Shown here one piece after another: positions 52,435 through 63,171 of a stretch of DNA of 64,000 bases; the first letter of the stretch is position 1; each line of letters opens with the position of its first letter. Source of the DNA: Cyanobacteria bacterium P01_D01_bin.156. Its GTDB lineage: Bacteria > Cyanobacteriota > Cyanobacteriia > Phormidesmidales > Phormidesmidaceae. The notes under the pieces were generated by a model that had not been told where the DNA came from, made no database searches, and was given only the letters and a program-made list of their open reading frames with translations. The position numbers and the translations under genes are program-made. The stretch covers positions 160,001 to 224,000 of the forward strand of contig JBCCQQ010000002.1 of NCBI GenBank assembly GCA_039024555.1, given 5' to 3'.

Positions 52435-53505
52435 TTATGAGCGACGACGCGATCCCCGACGTGACCGTTTCGAAACGTCATATTCAATGGCTGCTCCAGC
52501 TGCAAAAAACAGGGCAGAGAACGTCCAAAACACCTCCCACAATGCGCCCTCGGTATAGTTATCGCCTGAAGCCGCAAAGGCCATATCGGCAATATATAAA
52601 CAGAAGGTTGCGATCGCAATTAGTTTCCAAGACTGGGAAAATCGTCCCCCCCAAAAGGCAACCAATAGCGCCGCTGCAATCACCACCAGAAAACAATCTG
52701 CAACCACATACATTAACGTCACCGGATCAGCATATTGCTCTAACACGGCATCTAACGTCTGGGCCCAACCTGGAGCAGGTAATATTCCGGCAACGGTCTC
52801 AACCTCTGCCTCAACCAACGCTTCACCCTCACCATCCGGTGTCGTAATCGGCGCTGTCGCAGGCGCTTCTTCCACAACTGGGGATTCTTCTGCAGCAGGC
52901 TGAGGTGCCGTAGGCACAGGCTCTTCTGCTGGCACTGAAGGAGCTTGGGCTACATAGGCATTAGCAGCATAGGCAGGCTGAGGCGATAGCTGGGCTAAGG
53001 CTGGAAAACCGTAGTTCAAAACACAGGCCAAAACAACACCCACAGCACCAATCGCAAAAATCATTAGCCACTGAGGAACCGTCAGGTCAATGCGTCGTGG
53101 CAATGCAGCTAGCAACATGCCAATCACCATGGCCACATAGCTAATAAAGTAAAACCCATCTCCAAGCGATACAGATGGATCTAAGCCCCATACAGTGCCC
53201 CACAAAAAAAAGAACACATTACCAGCAGCGTAGGCGAGCATGCCCACACCTAGAGCCAACCAAACGGTTCGACCACTAATAATCTGAGAACTGCCAGAAT
53301 TACGAATGCACAGATATGCAGCCAGCAAAAAGGCAAAAATTTCTAAAAAAGTAATTGAGATTAAAAACCAGTCTGGGCGCGCCTCTTCTCCAGGAGCCAA
53401 GGCTCCAAACAATAAAAAGAAAAGGGCCGATAAAACACCCCAACCGATGCATAGAAGCAAGGTAGATTGCGAACTGGCTTGAAAAGCCTTGGAGGACTGA
53501 GTCAA
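52435..53505 (-). CDS. Conserved multi-TM membrane protein
   Basis: About 8 TM segments, FWGGRFSQSW, Pro/Glu-rich loop. Confidence 0.7.
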   Translation of the reverse strand: MTQSSKAFQASSQSTLLLCIGWGVLSALFFLLFGALAPGEEARPDWFLISITFLEIFAFLLAAYLCIRNSGSSQIISGRTVWLALGVGMLAYAAGNVFFFLWGTVWGLDPSVSLGDGFYFISYVAMVIGMLLAALPRRIDLTVPQWLMIFAIGAVGVVLACVLNYGFPALAQLSPQPAYAANAYVAQAPSVPAEEPVPTAPQPAAEESPVVEEAPATAPITTPDGEGEALVEAEVETVAGILPAPGWAQTLDAVLEQYADPVTLMYVVADCFLVVIAAALLVAFWGGRFSQSWKLIAIATFCLYIADMAFAASGDNYTEGALWEVFWTFSALFFAAGAAIEYDVSKRSRRGSRRRS

Positions 53506-53778
53506 AGCTCTACTCCCTAATGCATAACACCGAAGAGATTCAATAAAGGCGATACATTACATATCAACCTAATTAAAATCTTAAAAATCCAACGTTACCT
53601 GATTATGGCCTCTGAGACTATATCCAGAAGCGCTAAGCATAAATACAAGCTCTATAGCTTACAAAACCATCAACCAAAGTTGATAAATTCTTTATGCACT
53701 CGAAGAATACCCACAATATCCGTTAGAAGTCACGGTCTGTAAATAAATGCAATGCCATTATTAGTTAAACCACCTACG

Positions 53779-54453
53779 CTATTGCCAAAGCTGACCACTC
53801 GAAAGTTGTTTTAACCAATTTAGAAACGCATCTCTCTCCGTCGGAGATAACTCGTCTAACGCCTCTAGGGCACGTTCTGTAAAGTTAGATCGACCAAAAT
53901 AATTTTTACCGATCCGGTGCAATTCCTTGAATATCGTATTGATATGACTCGTCTGCCAGGGTGGCAAGGCTCCTGAGAAAGGATCTAGCTTTAGGACGCC
54001 AGTCACCAATTCGGCAGAACTCAACTCAGGTAAACGCATCTGCGCTCCCACCGCTGCTAGATCACCTTCAAAGCGTTTCGCTTGCTTATCTCCCATCAAG
54101 TCAGCCACGTCATCGTACATCGCCTGCAAAACGAGAACGCCCGCTTTAATAAACACTGCACTAACACCACCAACCGCAGCAGAATCAGATTTTGGAGTTT
54201 CCCCAGAAGTCTGATCGAACTGAATTTTGCCCCACACACTAAACCGTTCCGGTTCTTCTAGCAAAACACAGGCCTTACCACGATTATCTGTTAAATCTCG
54301 CCAGAGAGTACGAGCTTCTTCTTCCTGGGCTGCATTAAAAACACTCAGCAAGCGGAACGTCTGTCCTTGATAGGACAAGATTGGAATCTTTTGCTCTTTA
54401 GACGGATGCTGAAAACTACCAAGTTCTACATCCTGACGCTTTAAGATGAACAT
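53779..54453 (-). CDS. Npun_F0813-like conserved cyanobacterial protein
   Basis: MFILKRQDV...WRDLTDNRGKACVLLEE. Confidence 0.75.
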   Translation of the reverse strand: MFILKRQDVELGSFQHPSKEQKIPILSYQGQTFRLLSVFNAAQEEEARTLWRDLTDNRGKACVLLEEPERFSVWGKIQFDQTSGETPKSDSAAVGGVSAVFIKAGVLVLQAMYDDVADLMGDKQAKRFEGDLAAVGAQMRLPELSSAELVTGVLKLDPFSGALPPWQTSHINTIFKELHRIGKNYFGRSNFTERALEALDELSPTERDAFLNWLKQLSSGQLWQ

Positions 54454-54987
54454 AGTGCTGCCGATAAATGCTAACCCATATGGGCCAAGGCCATCCGCTT
54501 TGGCGAGTAGGCCATCAGTCAACTAATTTGTCTTTTCAGAGTTGCTGAGCCGAATTGTGACTCCATTTGCAAGATACCGCGACATAACGTGTTTTATCGA
54601 TCGCTTTACATATATATCAGCAGCAGCTCGTTTTCCGAACTCCCAGTTAAATTCAACCCCACTGTCTAGCTCAGCTCAAGATTTCATCAAAACCAATCAA
54701 TATGGTCTTACCCCAATGGAGGTTGGAACCATAAAGTATTTGGTAGAGCATTACACAATCAAAAAACAATAGCTAGAAACATTCTGTGCATCAGCGTACC
54801 CAGTTACTCCCCCCACCACGACAGCATTGGCTTTTAGACATTTGATGGACATAATAGATTGTGAACAATCCAGTCTGAGATTGTAGACTTAGCATGCAGA
54901 TGTGTTTAGAGTGTCTGTAAGCAAACCATCATTGCTCGCAGCCTTACACTAAGCCATTAGCTTAGGTCATTGCTGAGTCATAGAAGT

Positions 54988-55060
<73 letters not shown>

Positions 55061-55185
55061 TTTTCCTGGAAAAATCTCCCATCATTTCAAGTAAATATGG
55101 GAAAAGTCATGTAAAGCACGTTGAACTAAGGCCAGAAAATCAACAATTTTGTTCTTCAGTGACCTCAATGTTGAAGTGCGAAGCT

Positions 55186-55425
55186 TCAATCCGACAGTTG
55201 CCGATTATCCGTTGGAGGGCTAATGATCGCTTGCTCTTCCAATAATTTCAACATTGTAATTAGGGTTTCTATTTTTGCCCCCTTGTAGCGCTTACGCTCA
55301 CGCTGCTCCAAAGCTTGTTTACTAACCCCAAGTGCATTGGCAGCATCAGTCATGGTAGGAAATACCAGCTTCCGAGCAGCAATTAATCTATCCGGTAAGG
55401 TCTCTAGCCAGTCAGATGCCTTCAT
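55186..55425 (-). CDS. Small XRE-like helix-turn-helix protein, possibly a remnant
   Basis: LPDRLIAARK...TDAANALGVSKQALEQRE. Confidence 0.65.
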   Translation of the reverse strand: MKASDWLETLPDRLIAARKLVFPTMTDAANALGVSKQALEQRERKRYKGAKIETLITMLKLLEEQAIISPPTDNRQLSD

Positions 55426-55663
55426 AGTGACGTCAACCTATAGTTTGGCCAACCAATATAGCCAATCAACTTTCAGGTGTCAACGGGGATCGCCTTGCAG
55501 CAAGGGATACAGCACTATACGGGATATCCATCACAATCCACTCAGCATGACAAATAGCCATTAGCCAACGTCAAAAGCTTGTGACCATCCCAGGATTCAT
55601 GGGAACGCTGAAAACAATGTAATAACATGCCCTGAATCGTTTCCAGCTCTAAGTTGCAACACT

Positions 55664-56710
55664 ATGATTAGCGTATTAGAACAGGTTGATCGCCTTGTAA
55701 GCTTAAGACCTGTCTTTAGCCGTTTTTTTCCAGATAAAGTCAGCTTAGATTTTTCAGTAGCAATTCCCACATATAACGGCGAGGAACGTCTACCCAGAGT
55801 GCTAGATTGTCTACGCTGGCAGCTCAATGCCCACGAATTAACCTGGGAAGTCATCGTTATTGACAATAACAGTACCGATAACACCGCCAAAATTGTTGAG
55901 CAATATCAACGTGAGTGGGCTCAACAGATTCCCCTAAGGTATGAATTTGAGGCGAAACAAGGGGCTGGCTATGCTCGCCAAAAAGCAGTTCAAGTAGCCG
56001 CTAGTCCTCTAATTGGATTTTTAGATGACGATAATTTACCAGATATGACCTGGCTGATATCTGCCTATCAATTTGCCCAGCAATACCCTAGAGCTGGGGT
56101 AATCGCTAGCCGTATTCGAGGCAGTTTTGAAACAAAGCCCCCTAAAAGTTTTAGACGCATTGCCCCACTGCTAGCCCTGACTGAACGAGGCTCCGAACCA
56201 ATGATTTACAGTCCTAGCCAAAGGGTGATTCCACCATCTGCTGGGATGGTAGTTCGACGGCAAGCATGGCTAGATAATGTACCTGAAGAATTGGTCCTTA
56301 CAGGCCGTACAGAAAACAGTATGCTCACCGGAGAAGATACGGAATCTATTCTCCATATTCAAAAAGCAGGTTGGGAAGTCTGGTACAACCCTGATATGCG
56401 CCTACAGCATCAGATCCCGACTACGCGGTTAACTCGACAGTACTTGCAAAAACTATGTCGTGGAATTGGTTTGAGTCGGTACCGTACTCGTATGCTGGGC
56501 TATGCTCCCTGGCAACGCTTGCCCATGCTATTGATTTACACAGGAAACGACACTCGTAAAATTCTTTTACATTGCTTCCGTCATCGCCAGGACGTCCTGA
56601 GAGATGATGTCGCAGCTTGTGAGCTCACTCTTTATGTAGCCAGCCTAATGAGTCCCTTTTTTATGGCCCGTTACTATCTTCAACAGCATTTTCACAACAG
56701 AAAGAACTAG
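55664..56710 (+). CDS. hpsE: GT2 glycosyltransferase, HpsE-like (hormogonium polysaccharide)
   Basis: VAIPTYNGEERLP, GFLDDDN, PPSAGMVVRRQAWL, GIGLSR. Confidence 0.75.
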   Translation: MISVLEQVDRLVSLRPVFSRFFPDKVSLDFSVAIPTYNGEERLPRVLDCLRWQLNAHELTWEVIVIDNNSTDNTAKIVEQYQREWAQQIPLRYEFEAKQGAGYARQKAVQVAASPLIGFLDDDNLPDMTWLISAYQFAQQYPRAGVIASRIRGSFETKPPKSFRRIAPLLALTERGSEPMIYSPSQRVIPPSAGMVVRRQAWLDNVPEELVLTGRTENSMLTGEDTESILHIQKAGWEVWYNPDMRLQHQIPTTRLTRQYLQKLCRGIGLSRYRTRMLGYAPWQRLPMLLIYTGNDTRKILLHCFRHRQDVLRDDVAACELTLYVASLMSPFFMARYYLQQHFHNRKN

Positions 56711-56837
56711 AAATGTAGCGTCTGCAAAATTATTGAAGAGATAGTGAGTCATCACTCACAACACTTAGGGACACCAGTTGCTAAAACATAAAAGCTCACC
56801 TATAAATCGCCAACAACAAACTCTGCATGAAACAAAA

Positions 56838-57458
56838 CTATCGAGTCGCCGCCCGCTGTCGTTCTAAATATCCCTGGAGGCGAGCCACGTCCTCAGGCAA
56901 AACAACATTGAGCTTTCCAATGGTGGCAACACCATTCGTATCCAAAGTAATCTCCAGCCAATAGGCGTAGAGACTCCCTAAACGAACGTTACCCTGAGCT
57001 GAATTAGCGGTCGTCACTCTGTAGCCATCAAGTAGCTCTGACCGACGATAATCAGCATAAACTTCTGGTCCATACACGACTCTCAGCGCTTCTTCTAGTC
57101 GTTCCAATGTAACTGGCTCATCGTAATCAACGACGATGAATTCCTCACGACGAATAATGTTTGTGTTCGGACGTTGGTTCAATGAGAATCCGCTATCGTT
57201 AGCAGGTTGCAACCCACCAATGGGTAAAACACTGGCTTGAAATGTAAACCGTCGGGATGGAACCTCGGCCCGATGGACTCGCAGCCCTTCACGACTTTCG
57301 GCTCGAAGTGTCGGGTGGCCCTGCATCCATGTTTTGGTTTCATCTACAGATTGCCCAGGCAAACCGTAGCTGGAACTGCCAGACAACACCCATGACATCC
57401 CCAGGGCAACTAGACCCAAGACTGTATGTTTTCTCATATGGTCAGGCAATAGGTACAA
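56838..57458 (-). CDS. Hypothetical secreted protein
   Basis: Signal-like segment followed by LPGQSV..W...HPTLR. Confidence 0.65.
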   Translation of the reverse strand: MYLLPDHMRKHTVLGLVALGMSWVLSGSSSYGLPGQSVDETKTWMQGHPTLRAESREGLRVHRAEVPSRRFTFQASVLPIGGLQPANDSGFSLNQRPNTNIIRREEFIVVDYDEPVTLERLEEALRVVYGPEVYADYRRSELLDGYRVTTANSAQGNVRLGSLYAYWLEITLDTNGVATIGKLNVVLPEDVARLQGYLERQRAATR

Positions 57459-57541
57459 CTGTAATTGATGTCGATTAGTCTGCCCAAGCTCGTCAAGTTT
57501 CTATGCTTTTTGCCATAGGAACATTACCTCAGCTGGTGAGG

Positions 57542-59038
57542 CTAAAGGGTACCAAACCCTTTTTTCTTTTTCTTTTTTTTGTTCTTTTTAGAACCCGCAC
57601 TGTAGCCACGGAAGCCCGGTCGTGCGCCCCCGGGCATGCCCCCACCGGCCATACCCGGCATGCCCCCCATGCCAGGCATTCCGCCCATACCAGGAAAACC
57701 ACCACCCATACCGGGGAACCCGCCCATACCCGGCATTCCACCTTGGCCCATCTGTTTCATCATGGAGCGCATTTTCTGAAAATCGCTAACTAGCTTACTG
57801 ATATCTTTATCTCCATAGCCGGATCCTTTGGCAATGCGACGACGACGACTGGGGGAATTAGCGAGTAAGTCAGGATCTTCCCGTTCCTGCTTAGTCATGG
57901 AATTAATCATGGCTTCGCAGCGGCGCAGTTGGGTTTCACCCTGTTGTAGCTGATCGGCAGATAGTTTATTAGACATGCCTGGGATCAGTTTCATGATGCC
58001 GGTTAATGACCCCATATTTTTCATTAACCGGGTCTGTTTGAGAAAGTCGTTGAAATCAAACCGAGCTTCTAAAATCTTGGCTTGCAGCTTTTCCGCATCA
58101 GCGATGTCAACCTCTTCTTGGGCTTTTTCTACCAGGGTTAAAACATCTCCCATGCCCAAGATGCGAGAGGCCATCCGGTCCGGGTAAAAGGGTTGTAAGG
58201 CTTCAACCTTTTCACCAATACCAATGAACTTAATCGGCTTACCAGAAATTTGGCGGATTGAAAGGGCTGCCCCTCCTCGGGAATCACCGTCCATTTTGGT
58301 CAAGATAGCACCGGTAATCCCAATCTGTTCGTGAAATGTGTGGGTTAAGGTAGCGGCCTCTTGGCCTGTCATCGCATCCACCACTAACAGCACCTCATCG
58401 GGACTGATAGCTGTTTTGACATTTCCTAGCTCAGCCATCATGTCCTGATCAATTTGTAATCGACCAGCGGTATCCACAATTACCGTGTCAATACCGGCTT
58501 CTTTAGCCTTGGCAATACCGGCTTTGGCAATATCAACAGGATTGGCATCGGTGCCCATTTCAAACACCGGCACATCAATTTGGTTACCTAAGGTAATCAA
58601 CTGATCAACCGCAGCTGGACGATAAACATCAGTAGCGACCAGCATGGCAGAACGCTCTTGCTTACGCAGATGGAGCGCTAATTTAGCTGATGCTGTGGTT
58701 TTACCAGTACCTTGCAAACCCGCCATTAGAACCACCGTCGGTTTGGCATCTGCATCCGCTAGGGGTTCATTAGCATCGCCCATCAGGGCAACCAATTCAT
58801 CGTAAACAATTTTGATGAACTGTTGATCGGGAGCTACTCCAGCAACGACTTCAGCCCCCTGAGCTTTAGTCTGCACATCGGCAACAAAATCTTTAACGAC
58901 GTTAAAGCTAACATCGGCTTCTAGCAATGCACGTCTAACTTCCCGCAGTGCCTCTTTTATATTGGAGTCCGAGATTTTATCCTGGCCGCGCAGGGTTTTC
59001 CAGGCGGATTCAAATCTTTCTGAGAGGGCTTCAAACAT
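57542..59038 (-). CDS. ffh: Signal recognition particle protein
   Basis: GLQGTGKTT, DTAGR, TKMDGD, M domain. Confidence 0.98.
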   Translation of the reverse strand: MFEALSERFESAWKTLRGQDKISDSNIKEALREVRRALLEADVSFNVVKDFVADVQTKAQGAEVVAGVAPDQQFIKIVYDELVALMGDANEPLADADAKPTVVLMAGLQGTGKTTASAKLALHLRKQERSAMLVATDVYRPAAVDQLITLGNQIDVPVFEMGTDANPVDIAKAGIAKAKEAGIDTVIVDTAGRLQIDQDMMAELGNVKTAISPDEVLLVVDAMTGQEAATLTHTFHEQIGITGAILTKMDGDSRGGAALSIRQISGKPIKFIGIGEKVEALQPFYPDRMASRILGMGDVLTLVEKAQEEVDIADAEKLQAKILEARFDFNDFLKQTRLMKNMGSLTGIMKLIPGMSNKLSADQLQQGETQLRRCEAMINSMTKQEREDPDLLANSPSRRRRIAKGSGYGDKDISKLVSDFQKMRSMMKQMGQGGMPGMGGFPGMGGGFPGMGGMPGMGGMPGMAGGGMPGGARPGFRGYSAGSKKNKKKKKKKGFGTL

Positions 59039-59176
59039 GGGAAAAGGAAGAAATCAAGTAAACCGGAGTATGTTCCATACTAATCGCTTTACCTGCGTCA
59101 GGGACATAGGATTGAGGAAGTGGGGAGCACTAGGGCAAACACTTGCTATGCTGCTCTAGATGCAAATTGCAGAGCG

Positions 59177-60145
59177 ATGAATGGTGACAAACAACGAGCA
59201 CCAAATAATCGAACCTTAGTCCTGCGGGATGAGGATCGCCAACTCTATGGCAAACGATTGGTAACACTGGACAGGGTAATGCCGTCCCAGACTCTGCAGA
59301 ATATCACCCTTTGCCAAGATACTTTTACGGCGTTGCCCTTCTTGCCGGATAGCTTTGTCGATTTATTAGTTGTAGATCCACCTTACAACCGGTCTAAGGT
59401 GTTCAATCAGGCTAGTTTTAACCGTCGTTCACCGGCTGATTATGAAACCTGGTTGGACAGCTGGATGTCCCAGGTAATCCGCTTGCTTAAGCCTAATGCG
59501 TCAGCCTATGTTTGCTGCGATTGGCAATCATCACCGATGGTGTACAGCATTTTTTCAAAGTATTTTATTGTGCGCAATCGCATTACCTGGGAACGGGAAA
59601 AAGGGCGGGGATCAAAATACAACTGGAAAAATTCATCGGAAGACATTTGGTTTGGCACGCGGTCGGAGAATTATTGGTTTGATGTCGATGCTGTCAAACT
59701 AAAGCGCCGAGTATTGGCACCCTATCGCGATCGCAATGGCAACCCTAAAGACTGGAAATCCACAGAGGATGGAAACTTTCGCGTGACTCATCCTTCGAAT
59801 TTATGGACCGATATTTCCATTCCTTTTTGGTCCATGCCAGAAAACACCGATCACCCTACTCAAAAACCCGAGAAGCTAATCGCCAAAATAATTTTGGCCA
59901 GCAGTCAACTTGGAGATCTCGTCTTTGATCCCTTTTTAGGATCAGGAACAACATCGGTCGTCGCCAAGAAATTAAATCGTCAATATATTGGCATCGAACT
60001 GGATAGAGACTACGCCTGCATTGCTGAAAAACGATTAGCTCTAGCTGAACTACAGCCGTACATCCAGGGATATACGGGGGGCTATTTTTGGGAACGTAAT
60101 AGTACACCTTCTCAGCAGCAGGCTCGACGGCAGCCCAAACCTTGA
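59177..60145 (+). CDS. Orphan N4/N6 DNA methyltransferase (beta motif order)
   Basis: DPPY precedes HPTQKP and DPFLGSGTT; no adjacent restriction gene. Confidence 0.88.
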   Translation: MNGDKQRAPNNRTLVLRDEDRQLYGKRLVTLDRVMPSQTLQNITLCQDTFTALPFLPDSFVDLLVVDPPYNRSKVFNQASFNRRSPADYETWLDSWMSQVIRLLKPNASAYVCCDWQSSPMVYSIFSKYFIVRNRITWEREKGRGSKYNWKNSSEDIWFGTRSENYWFDVDAVKLKRRVLAPYRDRNGNPKDWKSTEDGNFRVTHPSNLWTDISIPFWSMPENTDHPTQKPEKLIAKIILASSQLGDLVFDPFLGSGTTSVVAKKLNRQYIGIELDRDYACIAEKRLALAELQPYIQGYTGGYFWERNSTPSQQQARRQPKP

Positions 60146-60729
60146 TCCGACCTCAAGGTTTGTACATCTATACCGACAAAAAATATTAGTTAATCGAACT
60201 CGGCTTTAGCTTTAATCACTCCATGCCCAAAAAGTCATTAACTTTTCTAAAAACTCCTGCGTAAAGGCTTCGGGTTCCATTGTGGATAATACATAATAAA
60301 AACAATTAATTTGCGACTATAAACGTCTGGATCGCCATAGCTGAAAGATTTTGAGTTCTTAATTCTTATTGAGAATTGATTAAATAATCAACCTCAATTG
60401 TTTTATTAACTGCCTAATGTTAGTGATTTTCTTGTCGTCACAGGCTTTTGAGCATAGGGCGCTTGCTAAATTTAAGCTCGATCTCTAAAGCTAATTGCTT
60501 TTTCTAACGGCAGTAGCGATATCGTTGTCAGTCGTTAGGAATGCTTAAGAAAATCATCTCTAAATTTTGCGGCTCCAGACGTTGTTGTCCGTAATTTGAA
60601 ATAGCAGCTTAAAGCTACCAATCATCTGCAGCAGCAGAGCATATTTAACAAATGTGTTCTGGCTTTTGAGAAGGCTTTTTTGTTCAAGGCAAACGCCACG
60701 GTTCGTACGAAGGGCAGAGAAAATCAGCA

Positions 60730-61362
60730 ATGGGTGCATTTAAATTCAAGCAACTCAGTCAACAAGGGCTCTTAATATTGGCAGGGATGACTTTGCTGGG
60801 TGGTCTTAAAGCCGTTAGTGATTTTGGCAGTGTTGCCGATGCTGTTGTATCTCAGCCTACGGTTGAAACTCAGAGTAGCTCAGAGTTCTCCATTTGCAGT
60901 CAAGCTGTTGATTGGCAACGCCCTAGCCTCGATCAGCAACAAAAACAGTTAACGACGAACGAGCGCTATGGCGGTCTGCTTGAGGATAAAGCATTTCAGC
61001 AACTCGCTAATCAGTTCTGGCAATATGAAATTTTGAGCTTCACCACCTATGGCCTGAGTGCTCGTATGGAGCCAATCAATTTATCGGGGTTATGGTCAGT
61101 CGCTGATGATGTTTGGAACCAATGCTATGCCCATGACGAAGGCAGTGCTATCAACGATGGAACCTTGGCTGAAGCATGGTTAATGAATCATCAAGTTGTT
61201 GACTTACAGTGGCAAGATAACCGCTACATCATGACCGTAGAACCTAGAGCTAGAGGTATGCAGGTCGTGCAGTTTACCCGTAGAGAACAGGCATCTGAAC
61301 TACCGCTAACCATCGTTACCTCTCAGGGAAATAGTGTGAACCATTACGATGCAGATTGGTAA
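60730..61362 (+). CDS. Hypothetical exported protein
   Basis: N-terminal hydrophobic segment; 210-aa ORF. Confidence 0.65.
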   Translation: MGAFKFKQLSQQGLLILAGMTLLGGLKAVSDFGSVADAVVSQPTVETQSSSEFSICSQAVDWQRPSLDQQQKQLTTNERYGGLLEDKAFQQLANQFWQYEILSFTTYGLSARMEPINLSGLWSVADDVWNQCYAHDEGSAINDGTLAEAWLMNHQVVDLQWQDNRYIMTVEPRARGMQVVQFTRREQASELPLTIVTSQGNSVNHYDADW

Positions 61363-61373
61363 TCGCTGGGGAT

Positions 61374-61427
61374 ATTGAGTACGTTCGGCGGATTGCGCCG
61401 ATTGAGTACATTCGGTAGATTGCACCG
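61374..61427. repeat. 27-bp tandem duplication upstream of prfC
   Basis: attgagtacgttcggcggattgcgccg / attgagtacattcggtagattgcaccg (23 of 27 identical). Confidence 0.75.
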
Positions 61428-61523
61428 CAGTTTCCCAGGGTATCGACACCGGGCAGTACAATGGAGTATCGCTCATCACTCACCCTGGGGATCGTGCCCT
61501 GCGCATTGACATCCAACAGCGCT

Positions 61524-63161
61524 ATGACCACCACCTTATCTTCGCCAGCAAACCTTGATAACGCCGTCGAGCAACGTCGTAACTTTGCGATTATTTCCCA
61601 CCCGGACGCTGGCAAAACAACGTTGACGGAAAAACTGCTTCTCTATGGAGGTGCTATCCATGAAGCGGGGTCTGTCAAAGCCCGTCGGGCTCAACGGCAT
61701 GCTGTTTCTGACTGGATGGAGCTGGAGCAGCAGCGGGGAATTTCGATTACCTCAACGGTGCTGCAATTTAACTACAGTGGCTATCGTATTAACCTGCTAG
61801 ATACTCCAGGACACCAAGACTTTAGCGAGGATACCTATCGCACCCTGGCGGCGGCAGACAATGCCGTGATGTTGGAGGACGCGGCTAAGGGCCTAGAGCC
61901 CCAGACGCGCAAACTGTTTGAAGTGTGCAAAATGCGGGGACTACCGATTTTCACATTTTTCAATAAGCTAGATCGCCCCGGACAAGAGCCTCTAGCCCTG
62001 CTGGATGAAATTGAAAAGGAACTGGAGCTGTTCACCTATGCGGTCAACTGGCCTATCGGCATGGGGGATCGGTTTAAAGGAGTATTTGATCGACGACAAA
62101 AACAGGTGCACTTATTTGAGCGTGCAGCCCACGGTAGCAAGGCAGCTGAAGATACTGTTCTAGAGTGGGGCGATCCTCGCATTGAGGAACTGATTAACGA
62201 TGATGAGGTATATGAGCAATTCTTAGAAGAATTGGAAATGTTGGATGAGCTAGGACCTGAGCTTGATTTAGAGCTGGTCCACAGCGGAGAAATGACGCCA
62301 GTTTTCTTTGGCAGTGCCATGACTAATTTTGGTGTGGAACTGTTTTTACAGTCATTTTTAGACTTTGCTCTTAAACCAGGTCCACGGGAAAGTACCGTTG
62401 GGATGGTTCCTCCCAATCGAGAAGAGTTTTCTGGGTTTGTGTTTAAGCTACAAGCCAACATGGATCCCAAACATCGCGATCGCGTTGCCTTTGTCAGGAT
62501 CTGTTCCGGAAAATTTGAGAAGGACATGGTGGTCAACCACGCACGTTCCGGAAAAAACGTACGTCTCTCCCATCCACAAAAGTTATTTGGACAAGGACGA
62601 GAGTCGCTGGACGCCGCCTACCCCGGCGATGTGATCGGTCTCAACAACCCAGGCGTATTTGCTATTGGAGACACCATTTACCAAGGTAAAAAGCTCGAAT
62701 ATGAAGGGATCCCCTTCTTCTCTCCTGAACTGTTTGCCTACTTAAAAAATCCCAACCCGTCTAAGTTTAAGCAATTTCGTAAAGGAGTCATAGAGCTCAG
62801 GGAAGAAGGCGCGGTACAAATCATGTACTCTGCTGACGAAGCCAAGCGAGACCCGATCTTAGCGGCGGTGGGGCAGCTCCAGTTTGAAGTGGTGCAGTTT
62901 CGTTTGAGAAACGAGTACAACGTAGACACCATGGTCGAAATGTTGCCCTACAGCGTAGCTCGATGGGTCACTGGCGGCTGGTCAGCCTTGGAAGCGGCTG
63001 GTCGTTTGTTTAATACGGTAACCGTTAAGGATAGCTATGGCCGTCCGGTCCTGCTGTTCCGCAACGAGTGGAACTGTCAGCAAGTAGAAGGAGAACATCC
63101 TAAACTGGCGTTGAGTAAAACAGCGCCTGTGGTCTCCGGTAAAGAACCCGACGAGATTTAG
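61524..63161 (+). CDS. prfC: Peptide chain release factor 3
   Basis: [32 protein letters not shown]. Confidence 0.97.
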   Translation: MTTTLSSPANLDNAVEQRRNFAIISHPDAGKTTLTEKLLLYGGAIHEAGSVKARRAQRHAVSDWMELEQQRGISITSTVLQFNYSGYRINLLDTPGHQDFSEDTYRTLAAADNAVMLEDAAKGLEPQTRKLFEVCKMRGLPIFTFFNKLDRPGQEPLALLDEIEKELELFTYAVNWPIGMGDRFKGVFDRRQKQVHLFERAAHGSKAAEDTVLEWGDPRIEELINDDEVYEQFLEELEMLDELGPELDLELVHSGEMTPVFFGSAMTNFGVELFLQSFLDFALKPGPRESTVGMVPPNREEFSGFVFKLQANMDPKHRDRVAFVRICSGKFEKDMVVNHARSGKNVRLSHPQKLFGQGRESLDAAYPGDVIGLNNPGVFAIGDTIYQGKKLEYEGIPFFSPELFAYLKNPNPSKFKQFRKGVIELREEGAVQIMYSADEAKRDPILAAVGQLQFEVVQFRLRNEYNVDTMVEMLPYSVARWVTGGWSALEAAGRLFNTVTVKDSYGRPVLLFRNEWNCQQVEGEHPKLALSKTAPVVSGKEPDEI

Positions 63162-63171
63162 CACTAGGGCT

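Noticed and set aside
54542..54772. 76-aa ORF upstream of the tRNA
   Set aside because: TTG start, no RBS, no motif; probably non-coding
57600..57750. GC-rich short repeats and overlapping small ORFs
   Set aside because: They encode the Gly/Met/Pro low-complexity tail of Ffh, which is common in cyanobacteria
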